64,000 nucleotides of DNA from an uncultured Fibrobacteria bacterium (GTDB taxonomy: Bacteria > Fibrobacterota > Fibrobacteria > UBA11236), in assembly GCA_963716395.1 (NCBI GenBank), contig OY970309.1:1600001-1664000 (forward strand), in the 5' to 3' direction. Positions 1-9,820 of this stretch are shown one piece after another (within the stretch, counting starts at the first letter, position 1; each line of letters starts with the position of its first letter). The notes under the pieces are model-generated. The model ran no database searches. It was not told where the DNA came from and worked only from the letters and a program-made list of their open reading frames with translations. Made by a program: the position numbers and the translations under genes.

Positions 1-1695
1 TCCGTAACGCGCGGCCAGGGAGTCGTGCACCGAGCGCATTTGCGCTTCGCTGTGGCCGAGAATAATGGCGGGAGAGGTGTTCCGCCCTCCGCCCACGGCC
101 CGGCCGTAACTGATGCTCGACCCGGTGCTGCGGCCGCGGAGGTTTTGGAAATCGTTTTCGAAACGTACGCTGGGTCCGAAGGCGATGGCCAAGGTGAACA
201 AGGCCGACACGATTCCCAGGACGACGAGTCTCTTCCGTGAAAGGCGAATTTCGGGGAGCAGAAGTCCGCCCTGCACATCATGGGATGAAGGGAGCAGCCA
301 GTGCAGAACGGTTTTGACCGCGGGCCTCGCGGCGAAAACGCGATCCAGCCGAGCGGTCATGCGCAGCACCAGAAAGAAGAGTGGAGGCATTACGACCCAA
401 TTGGCCAGCAAGGCAAGGCCGATGCCGAAGCAAACCACGATGCCGAACTCCTGGAAACCCTTGAAATGCCCCACTTGCAGGCTCAGCATGGCGAACACAT
501 TGGTGGCCGCTCCGGAGAGCAGGGATCTTCCGGTGGCCACCATGGCGCGACCCATGGCGTCGACGGGCTTGAACCCGGTGCGGCCTTCTTCGGCCCAGCG
601 CGCATACAGATGCACGGCGTATTCGATGCCGAGACCCAAGATGAGCGAGAGAATGAAGGCGGTCAGCAAGGTCAGCCGCCGGTACACCAGATACGTCAGG
701 CCCATGGCCCAGGCCATGGCCACGAACAGCGGAATGTTGATCAGGAGCAGATTCACGGGTTTACGCACGAAGAACCAGAGCAGCACAAGCATGAGGCCGA
801 AAGAAATCACGCCGGCCAGAATGATGTCGCCCACGACCTCTTGGATTTCGTTGAAGTTGCGGTAGGCGCCCGTCACTTGCGCCACTAGGCCGGTTCCGTA
901 ATCTTCGGGATGCATGCGGGCGAGCAGCGCCTCGCCTTTGTCAAACATCGCCTTCGCGAACGCGGCGTTGGTGGAGGGTTGATTCAATTGGGCCAGCACT
1001 ACCGCGACCCAGACACCCTTTTCGGCATGCCATCCCATCAACCGGCTCGAAAGCGAATCGGGCCGCGGAGGCGCAGCGTCGATTCCCGTATCCAGCGTGG
1101 CGGCCGTGGCCGGTTCAATCTTTTTCAGCAAAGCCTCGACGATGTCTTCCGGAAGGCCCTGGCGCCGCAACGACTCGGGATCGGGCCATCCTTTCAGCGA
1201 AGGCGTCGCGGATTCGTCGACCAAAGATTCCACCAGCGGATTCGCCGCGGCGAATTTCGATCCCACCATGCCCCGGATGCGATCCCGCAAATCGACGAGA
1301 TCCGATGTCGGCAGATAAAGCAGGGCATGCTTTTCGAAAAACGACGGATCCTGATCGTATTGCACCCACACCGCTTCCGGCCAGGTTTGCAAAGACTCGG
1401 CCACGGCCTTTTGGAACCGGCCCAGGTCTGCGAGCGAAGGCGACTGCATGGCGATGGTGAAAAAATCGGTCGACCCTTTGCGCCGCTCGGCTTCTTCGAT
1501 GGCGAGCTTCGAGGGCGTTCCCTTGGGCAGCAAGACCCGCAAATCGGTGTCGATGCGCAGGTTTCTGGCCACATAGGTTCCGGCCCAGGCTGTCAAGGCG
1601 ATGAAGGCCAGGGGAATCCAGGGCCAGGCATGGGAAAACCGCACATAGCCCCAGGCCAGGCGCGCGAAAAATCCCGATTTATCCTGGGTATTCAT
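1..1695 (-). CDS. MMPL/RND-family membrane transporter (HpnN-like), 3'-truncated by the window edge
   Basis: Absent from the ORF track because it runs off the edge. Manual translation from the ATG at 1695 gives MNTQDKSGFFARLAWG...RNLRIDTDLRVLLPKG; later segments read ILSLILGLGIEYAVHL and SGAATNVFAMLSLQVGHFKGFQEFGIVVCFGI, typical of MMPL transmembrane helices. Confidence 0.85.
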   Translation of the reverse strand, partial: MNTQDKSGFFARLAWGYVRFSHAWPWIPLAFIALTAWAGTYVARNLRIDTDLRVLLPKGTPSKLAIEEAERRKGSTDFFTIAMQSPSLADLGRFQKAVAESLQTWPEAVWVQYDQDPSFFEKHALLYLPTSDLVDLRDRIRGMVGSKFAAANPLVESLVDESATPSLKGWPDPESLRRQGLPEDIVEALLKKIEPATAATLDTGIDAAPPRPDSLSSRLMGWHAEKGVWVAVVLAQLNQPSTNAAFAKAMFDKGEALLARMHPEDYGTGLVAQVTGAYRNFNEIQEVVGDIILAGVISFGLMLVLLWFFVRKPVNLLLINIPLFVAMAWAMGLTYLVYRRLTLLTAFILSLILGLGIEYAVHLYARWAEEGRTGFKPVDAMGRAMVATGRSLLSGAATNVFAMLSLQVGHFKGFQEFGIVVCFGIGLALLANWVVMPPLFFLVLRMTARLDRVFAARPAVKTVLHWLLPSSHDVQGGLLLPEIRLSRKRLVVLGIVSALFTLAIAFGPSVRFENDFQNLRGRSTGSSISYGRAVGGGRNTSPAIILGHSEAQMRSVHDSLAARYG

Positions 1696-1734
1696 GTTGC
1701 GGCGGGATCGGGACCTCGCGGTTGGGCCGCATGT

Positions 1735-2469
1735 TTACGGCAGTTGCGACCCGAGCAGCCCCTGTTGCAGGCGGATCAATTCGCCGCAGCCTTTTTCGGC
1801 CAGGGCCAATAAGGCGTCGAGTTGCGCGCGCGAGAACACCGCCTCTTCGCCCGTGCCTTGGATCTCGACGAAGTCGCCGGAGTCGGTCATGACCACGTTC
1901 ATGTCCACCTCGGCTTCGCTGTCTTCGGCATAGCACAAATCCAGCAAGGGGGTATCTTCCACAATACCTACGCTGACGGCTGCCACAAAATGTTTCAGGA
2001 TTTGTCCGGAAGGAAAAGCCTGCGGCAGGGATTTTTTCATCCGTTGCAAGGCGCGGGCCAGGGCCAGAAATCCGCCCACGATGGAGGCCGTGCGCGTGCC
2101 GCCGTCGGCTTCGATCACGTCGCAGTCGATGATGAGGTGGCGCTCGCCAAGTTTGCTCAAATCGCAGACCCCGCGCAAGGCGCGGGCGATGAGACGCTGG
2201 ATTTCCTGCGTGCGGCCCGACGCCCCCGTCCGTTCACGCTTCACCCGCTGCGATGTGCTGCGCGGCAACAGGCTGTACTCGGCCGACACCCAGCCCTTAT
2301 TGCGGCCTTTGAGCCAGCGGGGAAGGTCTTCGTCGAGGCTGGCGCAGCAAAGAATGCGCGTGCGCCCCACTTCGACGAAAAACGAAGCCTCGGCCGAGGC
2401 GACGAAATCTTCCGTCACCTTGATGTTACGGAGCTGATCGCGGGCGCGGTTATCGGGGCGTGCTGTCAT
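1735..2469 (-). CDS. rph: Ribonuclease PH
   Basis: Motifs GWVSAEYSLLPRST, GRTQEIQRLIARALR and DCDVIEADGGTRTAS; AAAGGAG RBS before the ATG at 2469. Confidence 0.97.
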   Translation of the reverse strand: MTARPDNRARDQLRNIKVTEDFVASAEASFFVEVGRTRILCCASLDEDLPRWLKGRNKGWVSAEYSLLPRSTSQRVKRERTGASGRTQEIQRLIARALRGVCDLSKLGERHLIIDCDVIEADGGTRTASIVGGFLALARALQRMKKSLPQAFPSGQILKHFVAAVSVGIVEDTPLLDLCYAEDSEAEVDMNVVMTDSGDFVEIQGTGEEAVFSRAQLDALLALAEKGCGELIRLQQGLLGSQLP

Positions 2470-2529
2470 GGGACTCCTTTCTTTCGGTTTGTCTCGAACC
2501 ATCCGCCTGCGGCGGACGCTGGGCAAACT

Positions 2530-3417
2530 TTATTGTTTCGGCGTTCGCCGAGTCGCCGAGGGTTTTCGCCCCTTACCGGGGGGTGGCGGCGTATCGAGAC
2601 GGGCGCGCGCATAGCTGCCCAGCATCCGCAGGCTGCGGGTCAGGCCGCGCAATTGATCCAGGGTCGCGTGCACCTCGGGATCGGCGGCTCCGCCGGCGAA
2701 GTCGAGATAAAAGCGGTAGGCGAACGGGTTTTCGGGATCGGGGCGCGATTCGATTTTCGTGAGATCGATGGCGTGTGCGGCGAAGGCGCCCAACAATCGG
2801 AACAGCGAACCGGCCTGGTTGCGGCGCGGAATGAAGGTGATACTGGTTTTGAGCGGCCCCGTCACCCCCCGCGCGGGCTGGCGCGCCACGGCCAGAAAGC
2901 GCGTGAAGTTTCGGGCGCGGTTCTGCAAATGGCGGCGCAATACCACGAGGTGGTACAGCTGGGCGGCGCCTTCGCCGGCGATGGCCGCAACCGGGGTCGA
3001 AGTTTCTTTCGTCAGCGATTGGGCCGCGCCCGCAGTGTCGAACCAGGCCACAGGCCGAAGCCGGGGGTGGTCGGAAAAGAAATCGCCGCATTGCGCCAAA
3101 GCCTGGGGATGCGATCGCACTTCGCGCACGGCGGAAAAAGTCGTCCCGGGCCGGGCCAGCAAAGCGTGATCGATGCGCACATAGGTTTCTCCCGTCACGT
3201 ACAAGCGATGTTTCAAAAGGAGATCGTAATTCTGGTGGATGCTGCCGGCCAGCGAATTCTCGATGGGCAGCACGCCTGCCCCGGCCGCGCCGCGATGTAC
3301 GGCTGCGAAGACGGCCTCGAAGGTGGGTTGCGGCAGCATGCGGCTGCGTGGTCCGAATAGGGTACGCGCCGCCATTTCGCTGTAGGCCCCGGGCACCCCC
3401 TGATACGCGACTTGCAT
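2530..3417 (-). CDS. pheA: Prephenate dehydratase with ACT domain
   Basis: Motifs VAYQGVPGAYSE, LPIENSLAGSI, SHPQALAQC, NFTRF and LTKIESRP. Confidence 0.95.
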   Translation of the reverse strand: MQVAYQGVPGAYSEMAARTLFGPRSRMLPQPTFEAVFAAVHRGAAGAGVLPIENSLAGSIHQNYDLLLKHRLYVTGETYVRIDHALLARPGTTFSAVREVRSHPQALAQCGDFFSDHPRLRPVAWFDTAGAAQSLTKETSTPVAAIAGEGAAQLYHLVVLRRHLQNRARNFTRFLAVARQPARGVTGPLKTSITFIPRRNQAGSLFRLLGAFAAHAIDLTKIESRPDPENPFAYRFYLDFAGGAADPEVHATLDQLRGLTRSLRMLGSYARARLDTPPPPGKGRKPSATRRTPKQ

Positions 3418-3448
3418 TTTGGGTAATGGTAGCTATTGGGCCTGCGCG

Positions 3449-4033
3449 CTAGTCGAGCACGCGCTTCGCGCCTGCGTAATGGTCGTCGAAATAGTCGGCG
3501 TCCAGTCGCGTGTAAGTAACCCCCACGCTGGTTTGCGAATGCATGAAGTACCCGTCGCCCATGTAAATGCCGACGTGATCCACGAACAGAAAGCCGCGGA
3601 AGAAAACCAAATCGCCGGGACGCAAAGCGCTTTTGGAAACCTCGCGGCCGTAATGCGACATGGCCGCGGCGTTGTGGGGAAGGTTCATGCCCAGAGCTTG
3701 GTGAAATACTTCGCGTACGAATCCCGAGCAATCGATGCCCCCGCGGCTTTCGCCGCCAAAGCGGTAAGGCGTGCCCAAATACGACTCCGCGGCTTTGCGC
3801 AAACGTGCGAAGGCCTCCGAGGCGGGTCGGGCCGCCGGGGCTGCCGGTTGCGCCGCAACCGGTGCCGCTGGCGAAGTTGCAGCCAAGGCAGCGGGGGGCG
3901 TTGCGGTGTAATCGGGATCTTTGGGCGCGACCCAGGCGCCGGCTTGGCGCGAGTAGTAAGGACGCGGCCCGGGGGGCGCGCAGGCGCAGAGCCAAAGGGC
4001 CGTAGCCCAAAGGTTACGGCCGCGAATCCGCAC
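3449..4033 (-). CDS. NlpC/P60 (C40) cell-wall peptidase, probable lipoprotein
   Basis: YLGTPYRFGG...IDCSGFV...PGDLVFF...HVGIY; lipobox-like LWLCAC. The GTG start at 4033 is inferred. Confidence 0.9.
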   Translation of the reverse strand: MRIRGRNLWATALWLCACAPPGPRPYYSRQAGAWVAPKDPDYTATPPAALAATSPAAPVAAQPAAPAARPASEAFARLRKAAESYLGTPYRFGGESRGGIDCSGFVREVFHQALGMNLPHNAAAMSHYGREVSKSALRPGDLVFFRGFLFVDHVGIYMGDGYFMHSQTSVGVTYTRLDADYFDDHYAGAKRVLD

Positions 4034-5447
4034 CCACGAGCGTTTCCACGGCGGCCGCGACCTGAAACAGTTCCTGTTCCGCAAAGGGGCGGCCGATGAG
4101 TTGTAGCCCCACGGGAAGGGAATCGGTCTTGCCGGCCGGAAGCGACAGGCCGGGCAAACCGGCCAGGTTGACGGCCACGGTGTAGATGTCTTGCAAATAC
4201 ATGGCCAGGGGATCCTGAAACACTTCGCCCACCTTGGGGGGCGGCGAAGGCATAGTGGGCATGGCCACCACATCGCATTGCGAAAAGGCGCGGCCGAAGT
4301 CTTCGGTGATCACTCGACGCACCTTCTGCGCCTGCATGTAATAGGCGTCGTAAAATCCCGAGGACAAGACGTAGGTGCCGAGCAAAATGCGCTTTTTGAC
4401 CTCGAAGCCGAAGCCCTCGGATCGCGACCGGGCGTACAAATCGTACAGATCCTTGGGCGCTGCGGCGCGGTAGCTGTAGCGCACGCCGTCGTAGCGCGCC
4501 AGATTGGCCGAGGCTTCGGCCGTGGCCAGAACATAATAAGCGGCCACCGCGTAGCGCAGGCTGGGCAGGCTCAACTCGATCACGCGCGCGCCCGCGCCTT
4601 CGGCGGCGGTGATGGCCGCGCGCACCGCCGCAGCCACGCCGGGATGCAACCCGTCGCCGAAACACTCCTTGGGCACGCCCAGGGTTTTGCCTTCCAGGCC
4701 GCCTTGCAGGAGTTCGGTGAAGTCGGGCACCGGCTGCTGCGACGAGGTGTTGTCATGCACGTCGGGTCCCGCCATGACGTTGAGGAGATAGGCGACGTCG
4801 GGAACGCTGCGGGCAAAGGACCCGATTTGATCCAACGACGAGGCATAGGCGACCAGGCCATAGCGCGATACACGGCCGTAGGTGGGCTTGAATCCCACCA
4901 CGCCGCAGCAGGACGCCGGCTGGCGGATGGAGCCGCCGGTATCCGACCCCAACGCCGCCGGCACGGTGTCGGCGGCCACGGCCACGGCCGAACCGCCCGA
5001 CGACCCGCCGGGAATCACCTTCGCGTCGATGGGATTCACGGGTGCGCCGAAGGCGCTGGTCTCCGAAGTCGAGCCCATGGCGAATTCGTCGAGATTGGTT
5101 TTGCCCACCGGCACGGCTCCCGCGGCCAGAAGTCGCGACACCACGGTGGCGTCATAGGGCGAATGGAAATTTTCCAGCATGCGCGAGGCGCAGGTGGTGG
5201 CGCCGGCCGCCACCACGATGTTGTCCTTCACCGCCAAGGGCACGCCGGCCAGCGGGCCCAGGGTTTCGCCGGCTTCGCGCCGGCGATCCAAAGCGCGCGC
5301 TTTATCCAGCGCGTAGTCGGCCAGCACCGCGAGATAGGCTTTGAGATGCTGGGTGGCGGCGATGCGATCCAGCGCCGATTGCACGGAACTTTCGGCGCGG
5401 AGCTCGCCGGTTTGCACGCGGCCCGCGAGTTCGGCCAGCGCGCTCAC
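4014..5447 (-). CDS. gatA: Asp-tRNA(Asn)/Glu-tRNA(Gln) amidotransferase subunit A
   Basis: Amidase signature GGSSGGSA, GSDTGGSIRQPA, GFKPTYGRVSRYGL and EVKKRILLGTYVLSSG; GTGA overlap with the upstream gene. Confidence 0.96.
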   Translation of the reverse strand: MSALAELAGRVQTGELRAESSVQSALDRIAATQHLKAYLAVLADYALDKARALDRRREAGETLGPLAGVPLAVKDNIVVAAGATTCASRMLENFHSPYDATVVSRLLAAGAVPVGKTNLDEFAMGSTSETSAFGAPVNPIDAKVIPGGSSGGSAVAVAADTVPAALGSDTGGSIRQPASCCGVVGFKPTYGRVSRYGLVAYASSLDQIGSFARSVPDVAYLLNVMAGPDVHDNTSSQQPVPDFTELLQGGLEGKTLGVPKECFGDGLHPGVAAAVRAAITAAEGAGARVIELSLPSLRYAVAAYYVLATAEASANLARYDGVRYSYRAAAPKDLYDLYARSRSEGFGFEVKKRILLGTYVLSSGFYDAYYMQAQKVRRVITEDFGRAFSQCDVVAMPTMPSPPPKVGEVFQDPLAMYLQDIYTVAVNLAGLPGLSLPAGKTDSLPVGLQLIGRPFAEQELFQVAAAVETLVGADSRP

Positions 5448-5755
5448 GACCGCCACCACTTGAGCATATACAGCGAGGTGAACACGCCCAGCACGCTGCA
5501 AAAATTGAACTTGAAGCCGAGGCCCAGGCGCACCTTGATGAGATAGAGATCCACGGCCCAGCCGTTCTGGTTGTAACCCAGGTCGAGATCCCACGACTTC
5601 ACGAAAAAGCTGCGGATGGGGTTGTCGAAACTGCTGCCGCTCATCTCGCCCAGCTTACCGAGCAGGTAGCCCAGGGCATTGCCGAGCACGCCGCCGATGA
5701 GAAGTCCGAGCACTACAAAGAGAATGACCAAGCCGAGGTTTTTATGCCGATCCAT
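5444..5755 (-). CDS. DUF4321-like small membrane protein
   Basis: Hydrophobic N-terminus LILFVVLGLLIGGVLG-type helix and C-terminal VDLYLIKVRLGLGFKFNFCSVLG pattern. Confidence 0.75.
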   Translation of the reverse strand: MDRHKNLGLVILFVVLGLLIGGVLGNALGYLLGKLGEMSGSSFDNPIRSFFVKSWDLDLGYNQNGWAVDLYLIKVRLGLGFKFNFCSVLGVFTSLYMLKWWRS

Positions 5756-5790
5756 GCCGCTCCCGCTGAAAACGATCCCGTTTCGGAAAC

Positions 5791-6942
5791 TTAGAAGATA
5801 CTCCGCGAGCGCGGAGCTTCTTGCAGCGTCATTTCCGTCCGCCGGTTTTGGCCATGGCGGCGATAGAGAATTTCCACTTTCTCCCCGACTTGGAATTGCC
5901 GGAATAAATCGAGGACATCCTGCAAATCGTCGATGCGCTTGCCGGCCACCGCGTACAGCACGTCGCCGGCTTGCAATCCCGCCTTGTCGGCCGGAGAACC
6001 GGCGTCGACGCGCGCCACCGTCACACCGTGGTGGTGGGGATTGTAATCGGGCTCGGCGTACAGGCCCGTGGTGAATTGCCGGATGGTTCCGTATTTCAGC
6101 AATTCGTCCATGACCAGCTTGGCTTTTTCAATGGGAATGGCGAATCCGAGGCCGATTGATCCCTGCGACGATCCGCCCCCGGTCAGAATGAAGGTGTTGA
6201 TGCCGATGACCTTGCCGTCGGTGTTCACCAGCGGCCCGCCGGAATTGCCCGGATTAATGCTGGCGTCGGTTTGAATCATGTTGAAGTAGTGGATGCCGCT
6301 CTGGCTGCTGAAGGAGCGGCGCACCGCGCTGATCACCCCCACCGTGACCGTGGGCTTGGGGTCGCCGATCAAATAGCCGAAGGGGTTGCCGATGGCCACC
6401 ACCCATTCGCCGATCAGATTGTCATCGACCGTCTGCAATCGCGCCACCGGCAGATTTTTGGCCTGGATGGAAAGCACCGCAATGTCGTTGTCGGCGTCGG
6501 CGCCCACGACCTTGGCGGGAAACTGGCGCCCGTCGGGCAAGGTCACCCAGACGGCTTGGAGTTCGCCGCCCTCGTTAACGCCCAGCACATGCGCGTTGGT
6601 GAGAATATGGCCCTCGTGGTCCACGATGAAACCCGACCCCAGGCTGCTGATTTCGCGGCGGCGCAGTTGCGGGCCGAAAAAATCGAAAAAGGGATCTCCC
6701 GACGGGCGTTCGGCCACCACGTCGCTGCGGCGCACGTTGACGCTCACCACGGCCGGCGAGGTTTCTTCGGTAGCGATGACGATGGCATTGCGGCGGCTGT
6801 TGGAGACGCCGGTTGCCGACGCCGCGGCCTGGGGGGGATCGGGCGCCTTGACCGGCGGAGTTCCCTGTGCGGTGTAATGGCCTACGGCCAAGGCAACCGC
6901 GGCGCCCAAGCCCATCCACACCACGTTTTTAAAAATCATCAT
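5791..6942 (-). CDS. HtrA/DegP-family trypsin-like serine protease with PDZ domain
   Basis: GSGFIV, ILTNAHV, DIAVL and IQTDASINPGNSGGPL; C-terminal PDZ with SPADKAGLQAGD. Confidence 0.95.
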   Translation of the reverse strand: MMIFKNVVWMGLGAAVALAVGHYTAQGTPPVKAPDPPQAAASATGVSNSRRNAIVIATEETSPAVVSVNVRRSDVVAERPSGDPFFDFFGPQLRRREISSLGSGFIVDHEGHILTNAHVLGVNEGGELQAVWVTLPDGRQFPAKVVGADADNDIAVLSIQAKNLPVARLQTVDDNLIGEWVVAIGNPFGYLIGDPKPTVTVGVISAVRRSFSSQSGIHYFNMIQTDASINPGNSGGPLVNTDGKVIGINTFILTGGGSSQGSIGLGFAIPIEKAKLVMDELLKYGTIRQFTTGLYAEPDYNPHHHGVTVARVDAGSPADKAGLQAGDVLYAVAGKRIDDLQDVLDLFRQFQVGEKVEILYRRHGQNRRTEMTLQEAPRSRSIF

Positions 6943-7675
6943 CGGGGTAACTCACCCGTTCCAGACATAATCCCTGCGGCGGAGCCCACAGGCGCGGGCC
7001 GCGAAAGGCGTCGGCCAGAACCGCGGCGGTCGAACCTGCGGGATGCGCGCCCCGTGCCACGTCGACGCACAGGCCCACCACCGAGCGCACCATTTTGTGC
7101 AAAAAGCGGTCGGCTTCCATTCGGATCGCCAGAAAATCTCCTTCGCGCTCGACATCGGCGGTAAGGACGCGGCATGCCGTGGATTTTCCGTCATTTCGTG
7201 GTATGGAAAAATTTAAAAAATCGTGTTTGCCCAAGACAGCGCGCAACTCGGATTGCAGCGTATGCTCGTCGAGAGCAAAGCCGGTATGCCAGCTCAGGGC
7301 CGCCCACAAGGCGGTCGGCCGCAGGGCGATGCGATAGAGGTAGCGGCGCGACCGCGCACTGTAACGCGCATGGAACTCCGGCGGACAAGGCGCGAGGCCG
7401 CGGATGCAGATGGAAGGCCCGGCCAGGGCGTTCACCGAATGCGCGAGCCGCCCGGCATCAATGGCGACTCCGTCGGGAAGATCGAAATGGGCCACCTGCC
7501 CGGTGGCGTGCACGCCGGCGTCGGTGCGGCCGGCCCCGATGACGCGCACCTGCCGACGCAAGGCGGTGGCCAGGGCCTGCTCCAGAGCGCCTTGCACGGT
7601 GGAGGCGCCGGGCTGCGCCTGCCAACCGGCGAAGGGTGCGCCGAAATATTCCACCGTAAACCGATACCGGGGCAT
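6929..7675 (-). CDS. truA: tRNA pseudouridine(38-40) synthase
   Basis: GWQAQ, GAGRTDAGVHATGQ, FHARYSA and FLHKMVR motifs. Confidence 0.96.
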   Translation of the reverse strand: MPRYRFTVEYFGAPFAGWQAQPGASTVQGALEQALATALRRQVRVIGAGRTDAGVHATGQVAHFDLPDGVAIDAGRLAHSVNALAGPSICIRGLAPCPPEFHARYSARSRRYLYRIALRPTALWAALSWHTGFALDEHTLQSELRAVLGKHDFLNFSIPRNDGKSTACRVLTADVEREGDFLAIRMEADRFLHKMVRSVVGLCVDVARGAHPAGSTAAVLADAFRGPRLWAPPQGLCLERVSYPDDDF

Positions 7676-7737
7676 GTCCCAAAAGATATTCGGGAACAAG
7701 GCGCGGTCGCCACGATCCGTGTCGGTGCGAAGCGTCC

Positions 7738-9744
7738 CTAACCCAACAAATCCACTTGGGACATCGGTCCCGAGGCCTTAGGCCACATTCCATCCCCGGT
7801 TTCGGCAGCTTGGGCTTGGGATTTTTCCGGCAGCGGGGCATACGACCAGCCGCTAAGCCGCATCTCAAGATCCGACAGGAGGTGCTCGAGCGGCGCCAGC
7901 GATTGCGACAGCAGTTCGCGCACGTCGCCGCGGTTGTTGCGAAAGTCGAGATGCGACCCGCGGCGATCCAGCGAGAGCTTGATCTCCACCTCTCCCAGAT
8001 GCGGGGTCTGGGTGCGGATCTGGAGTTGCACCGGAGGCCGCTCCGCCGGCGGCCGCCCGCGCTGCGGTGCCGCGCCCACCTGCGACCATTGCACGCCGGC
8101 CGGATGCCAGGCGTTGTCGAAGAAGTAGTAGGTTTGCGCCTCACCCGGCGTCGCCGCCTCGGGGCGCGGGGTGGAGCCGGTTACGGTTTGCAGCCAATAT
8201 TTACCTGCGGCATCGAGTTTTCCCCCGTCGGGAGCTGCGTTTCGCAGCGCGTCGAGCAAATCGTCGAGGCGCGCATCGGTCCGGCCCAAATCGGCCAACG
8301 CTTGCGACCACGAAGAATGAGCGGCGGCCGTCGGGTCCGTCTCCGATGCAACGGCGGCGCGCAGGGGCAAATCGCGCGTAAGCAGCGCGGCGTCGGCGTC
8401 GGGCCGCACCTGTTCCAGAAAGTCGGTGAAAGCGGCGGGATTGCGGCCGGCATTGCTCCAGGCTTGCGTTTGCGGCGCGGTGGCGTCGCGGGGAAAAGCC
8501 AAAACCAGGCGGAGCAGGAAATTCATTTCATCTTGTGCAGGCAGGGGTTGCCCCCCTTGCAATCTGCCGGAATCGGCCAGCACATGGGCCAAATCCAATA
8601 CGGCCTGTGCGCCGCCCGGTTGATTCAAATCGGGTTCCAAAAAATCGGCGGCCAGCCGCAGCGCCGATTGCCGCGGCGGATCGGCCGCGGTCAGCGCCGT
8701 CTGCAAAGCCGGCGGCCAACTGCGCTCGGGGCTTTGAAACCGCATCACCAGGTTTCCGGATTCGCGCTGCAGCGAAAAGCGCACGAAATCGCCGGGCGCG
8801 CGCGTTTCCGTAGAAACCGCTTCAAGGGAGGCGCCGCCCAAATCCAGCCGGTAGCGCGTCAGTGACGGTTGCTGCAATCTGGTGGGGTCGGAGGCCTCGG
8901 GCCCGGATTCGGCCCGCCGGCCTGCCGGGCCCGGCAAGGCGGCGGAACGGCTTTCGAGCACCAAGCCGTGGCCGGTGAACAAGGCCGATCCCGTCGCCGG
9001 AACCAGGTAACGCGGAAGTTCCTTCCCCGTGTTTAGGGAGGGCGGTGTCGGGATCGCGTCGGCCGCCGCGGGGTTCGACGCCGCACCGGACGACGGCAGA
9101 GTCGTGGCGCCGGAAACGGCGACCTTCTCATTAGTATCATCCATGTTACTACTGGTGCCGAGCGCACGGCGAAAGCCTTGCAGCAGGGTCAATAATTCGC
9201 GCTGCCCCGCCTGGTCGGCGGGAGCCGGGAGTTGCGCCAGCGCGCCGATCAAGGTCTTCAAGGTTGCCGAAGGCAACTGACCGATTTGCTGCGTGAGAAA
9301 TTCCAGACCGTCGGGTTGGCTCAAAACCTGGCGCAACAAGACGGGCAAGGATTGCATCGCCGGCGGTGCCGCGGTTCCGGTGGCGGCGGCGGCCAAAAAT
9401 CCGGACAGGGCGTTTTCGAAACGGCTGAGGTCGCGCAGCAGGGCGGGCCAATTGGCAGGCATCCCGACGTCGGGGCCGGGATCGGCCGGGTCTTCGGCGG
9501 GATCGGCCGGCTTTTCGACGCGCCAGCCGTTGGCCGTGACAGTGAGCTTCAATACGTCGCCGGCCTGCACGTCGTCGGGAACCTCGGCGCGCAGGCGGCC
9601 CAGGGCGAAGTCGATCACCGCGACCTTTTTCCCCGCCGCGTCGGTTTGCACAGCGTCGACTCGGCCGGGATAGCTTGCGCCCGGCGCCCCTTCGGGCGCG
9701 GATGCGGAAAACGGACGGCCGGCGGAAATCGGCGTGGGCATCAC
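7738..9744 (-). CDS. FliK-like (flagellar hook-length control C-terminal domain) protein
   Basis: Long Pro/Ala-rich body; C-terminal TQTPHLGEVEIKLSL...LAPLEHLLSDLEMRL resembles the FliK C-domain; GGAGGAG RBS; flagellar context. Confidence 0.6.
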   Translation of the reverse strand: MMPTPISAGRPFSASAPEGAPGASYPGRVDAVQTDAAGKKVAVIDFALGRLRAEVPDDVQAGDVLKLTVTANGWRVEKPADPAEDPADPGPDVGMPANWPALLRDLSRFENALSGFLAAAATGTAAPPAMQSLPVLLRQVLSQPDGLEFLTQQIGQLPSATLKTLIGALAQLPAPADQAGQRELLTLLQGFRRALGTSSNMDDTNEKVAVSGATTLPSSGAASNPAAADAIPTPPSLNTGKELPRYLVPATGSALFTGHGLVLESRSAALPGPAGRRAESGPEASDPTRLQQPSLTRYRLDLGGASLEAVSTETRAPGDFVRFSLQRESGNLVMRFQSPERSWPPALQTALTAADPPRQSALRLAADFLEPDLNQPGGAQAVLDLAHVLADSGRLQGGQPLPAQDEMNFLLRLVLAFPRDATAPQTQAWSNAGRNPAAFTDFLEQVRPDADAALLTRDLPLRAAVASETDPTAAAHSSWSQALADLGRTDARLDDLLDALRNAAPDGGKLDAAGKYWLQTVTGSTPRPEAATPGEAQTYYFFDNAWHPAGVQWSQVGAAPQRGRPPAERPPVQLQIRTQTPHLGEVEIKLSLDRRGSHLDFRNNRGDVRELLSQSLAPLEHLLSDLEMRLSGWSYAPLPEKSQAQAAETGDGMWPKASGPMSQVDLLG

Positions 9745-9758
9745 TCCTCCCCCTCTTT

Positions 9759-9785
9759 ATATCGGCCGCGGTGAACGAATGCTGT
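9759..9785 (-). promoter_or_regulatory. Possible sigma-28 (FliA) promoter upstream of the FliK-like gene
   Basis: GCCGATAT -10 element at 9759-9766; the -35 match is poor. Confidence 0.3.
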
Positions 9786-9820
9786 TGCGGGCTAAAGCCG
9801 CCGGCCGCCGAAAATGCGGG

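Noticed and set aside
113-1812. Plus-strand ORFs (250, 195 and 300 aa) at the window start
   Set aside because: They are antisense shadows of the minus-strand MMPL gene that the ORF track missed.
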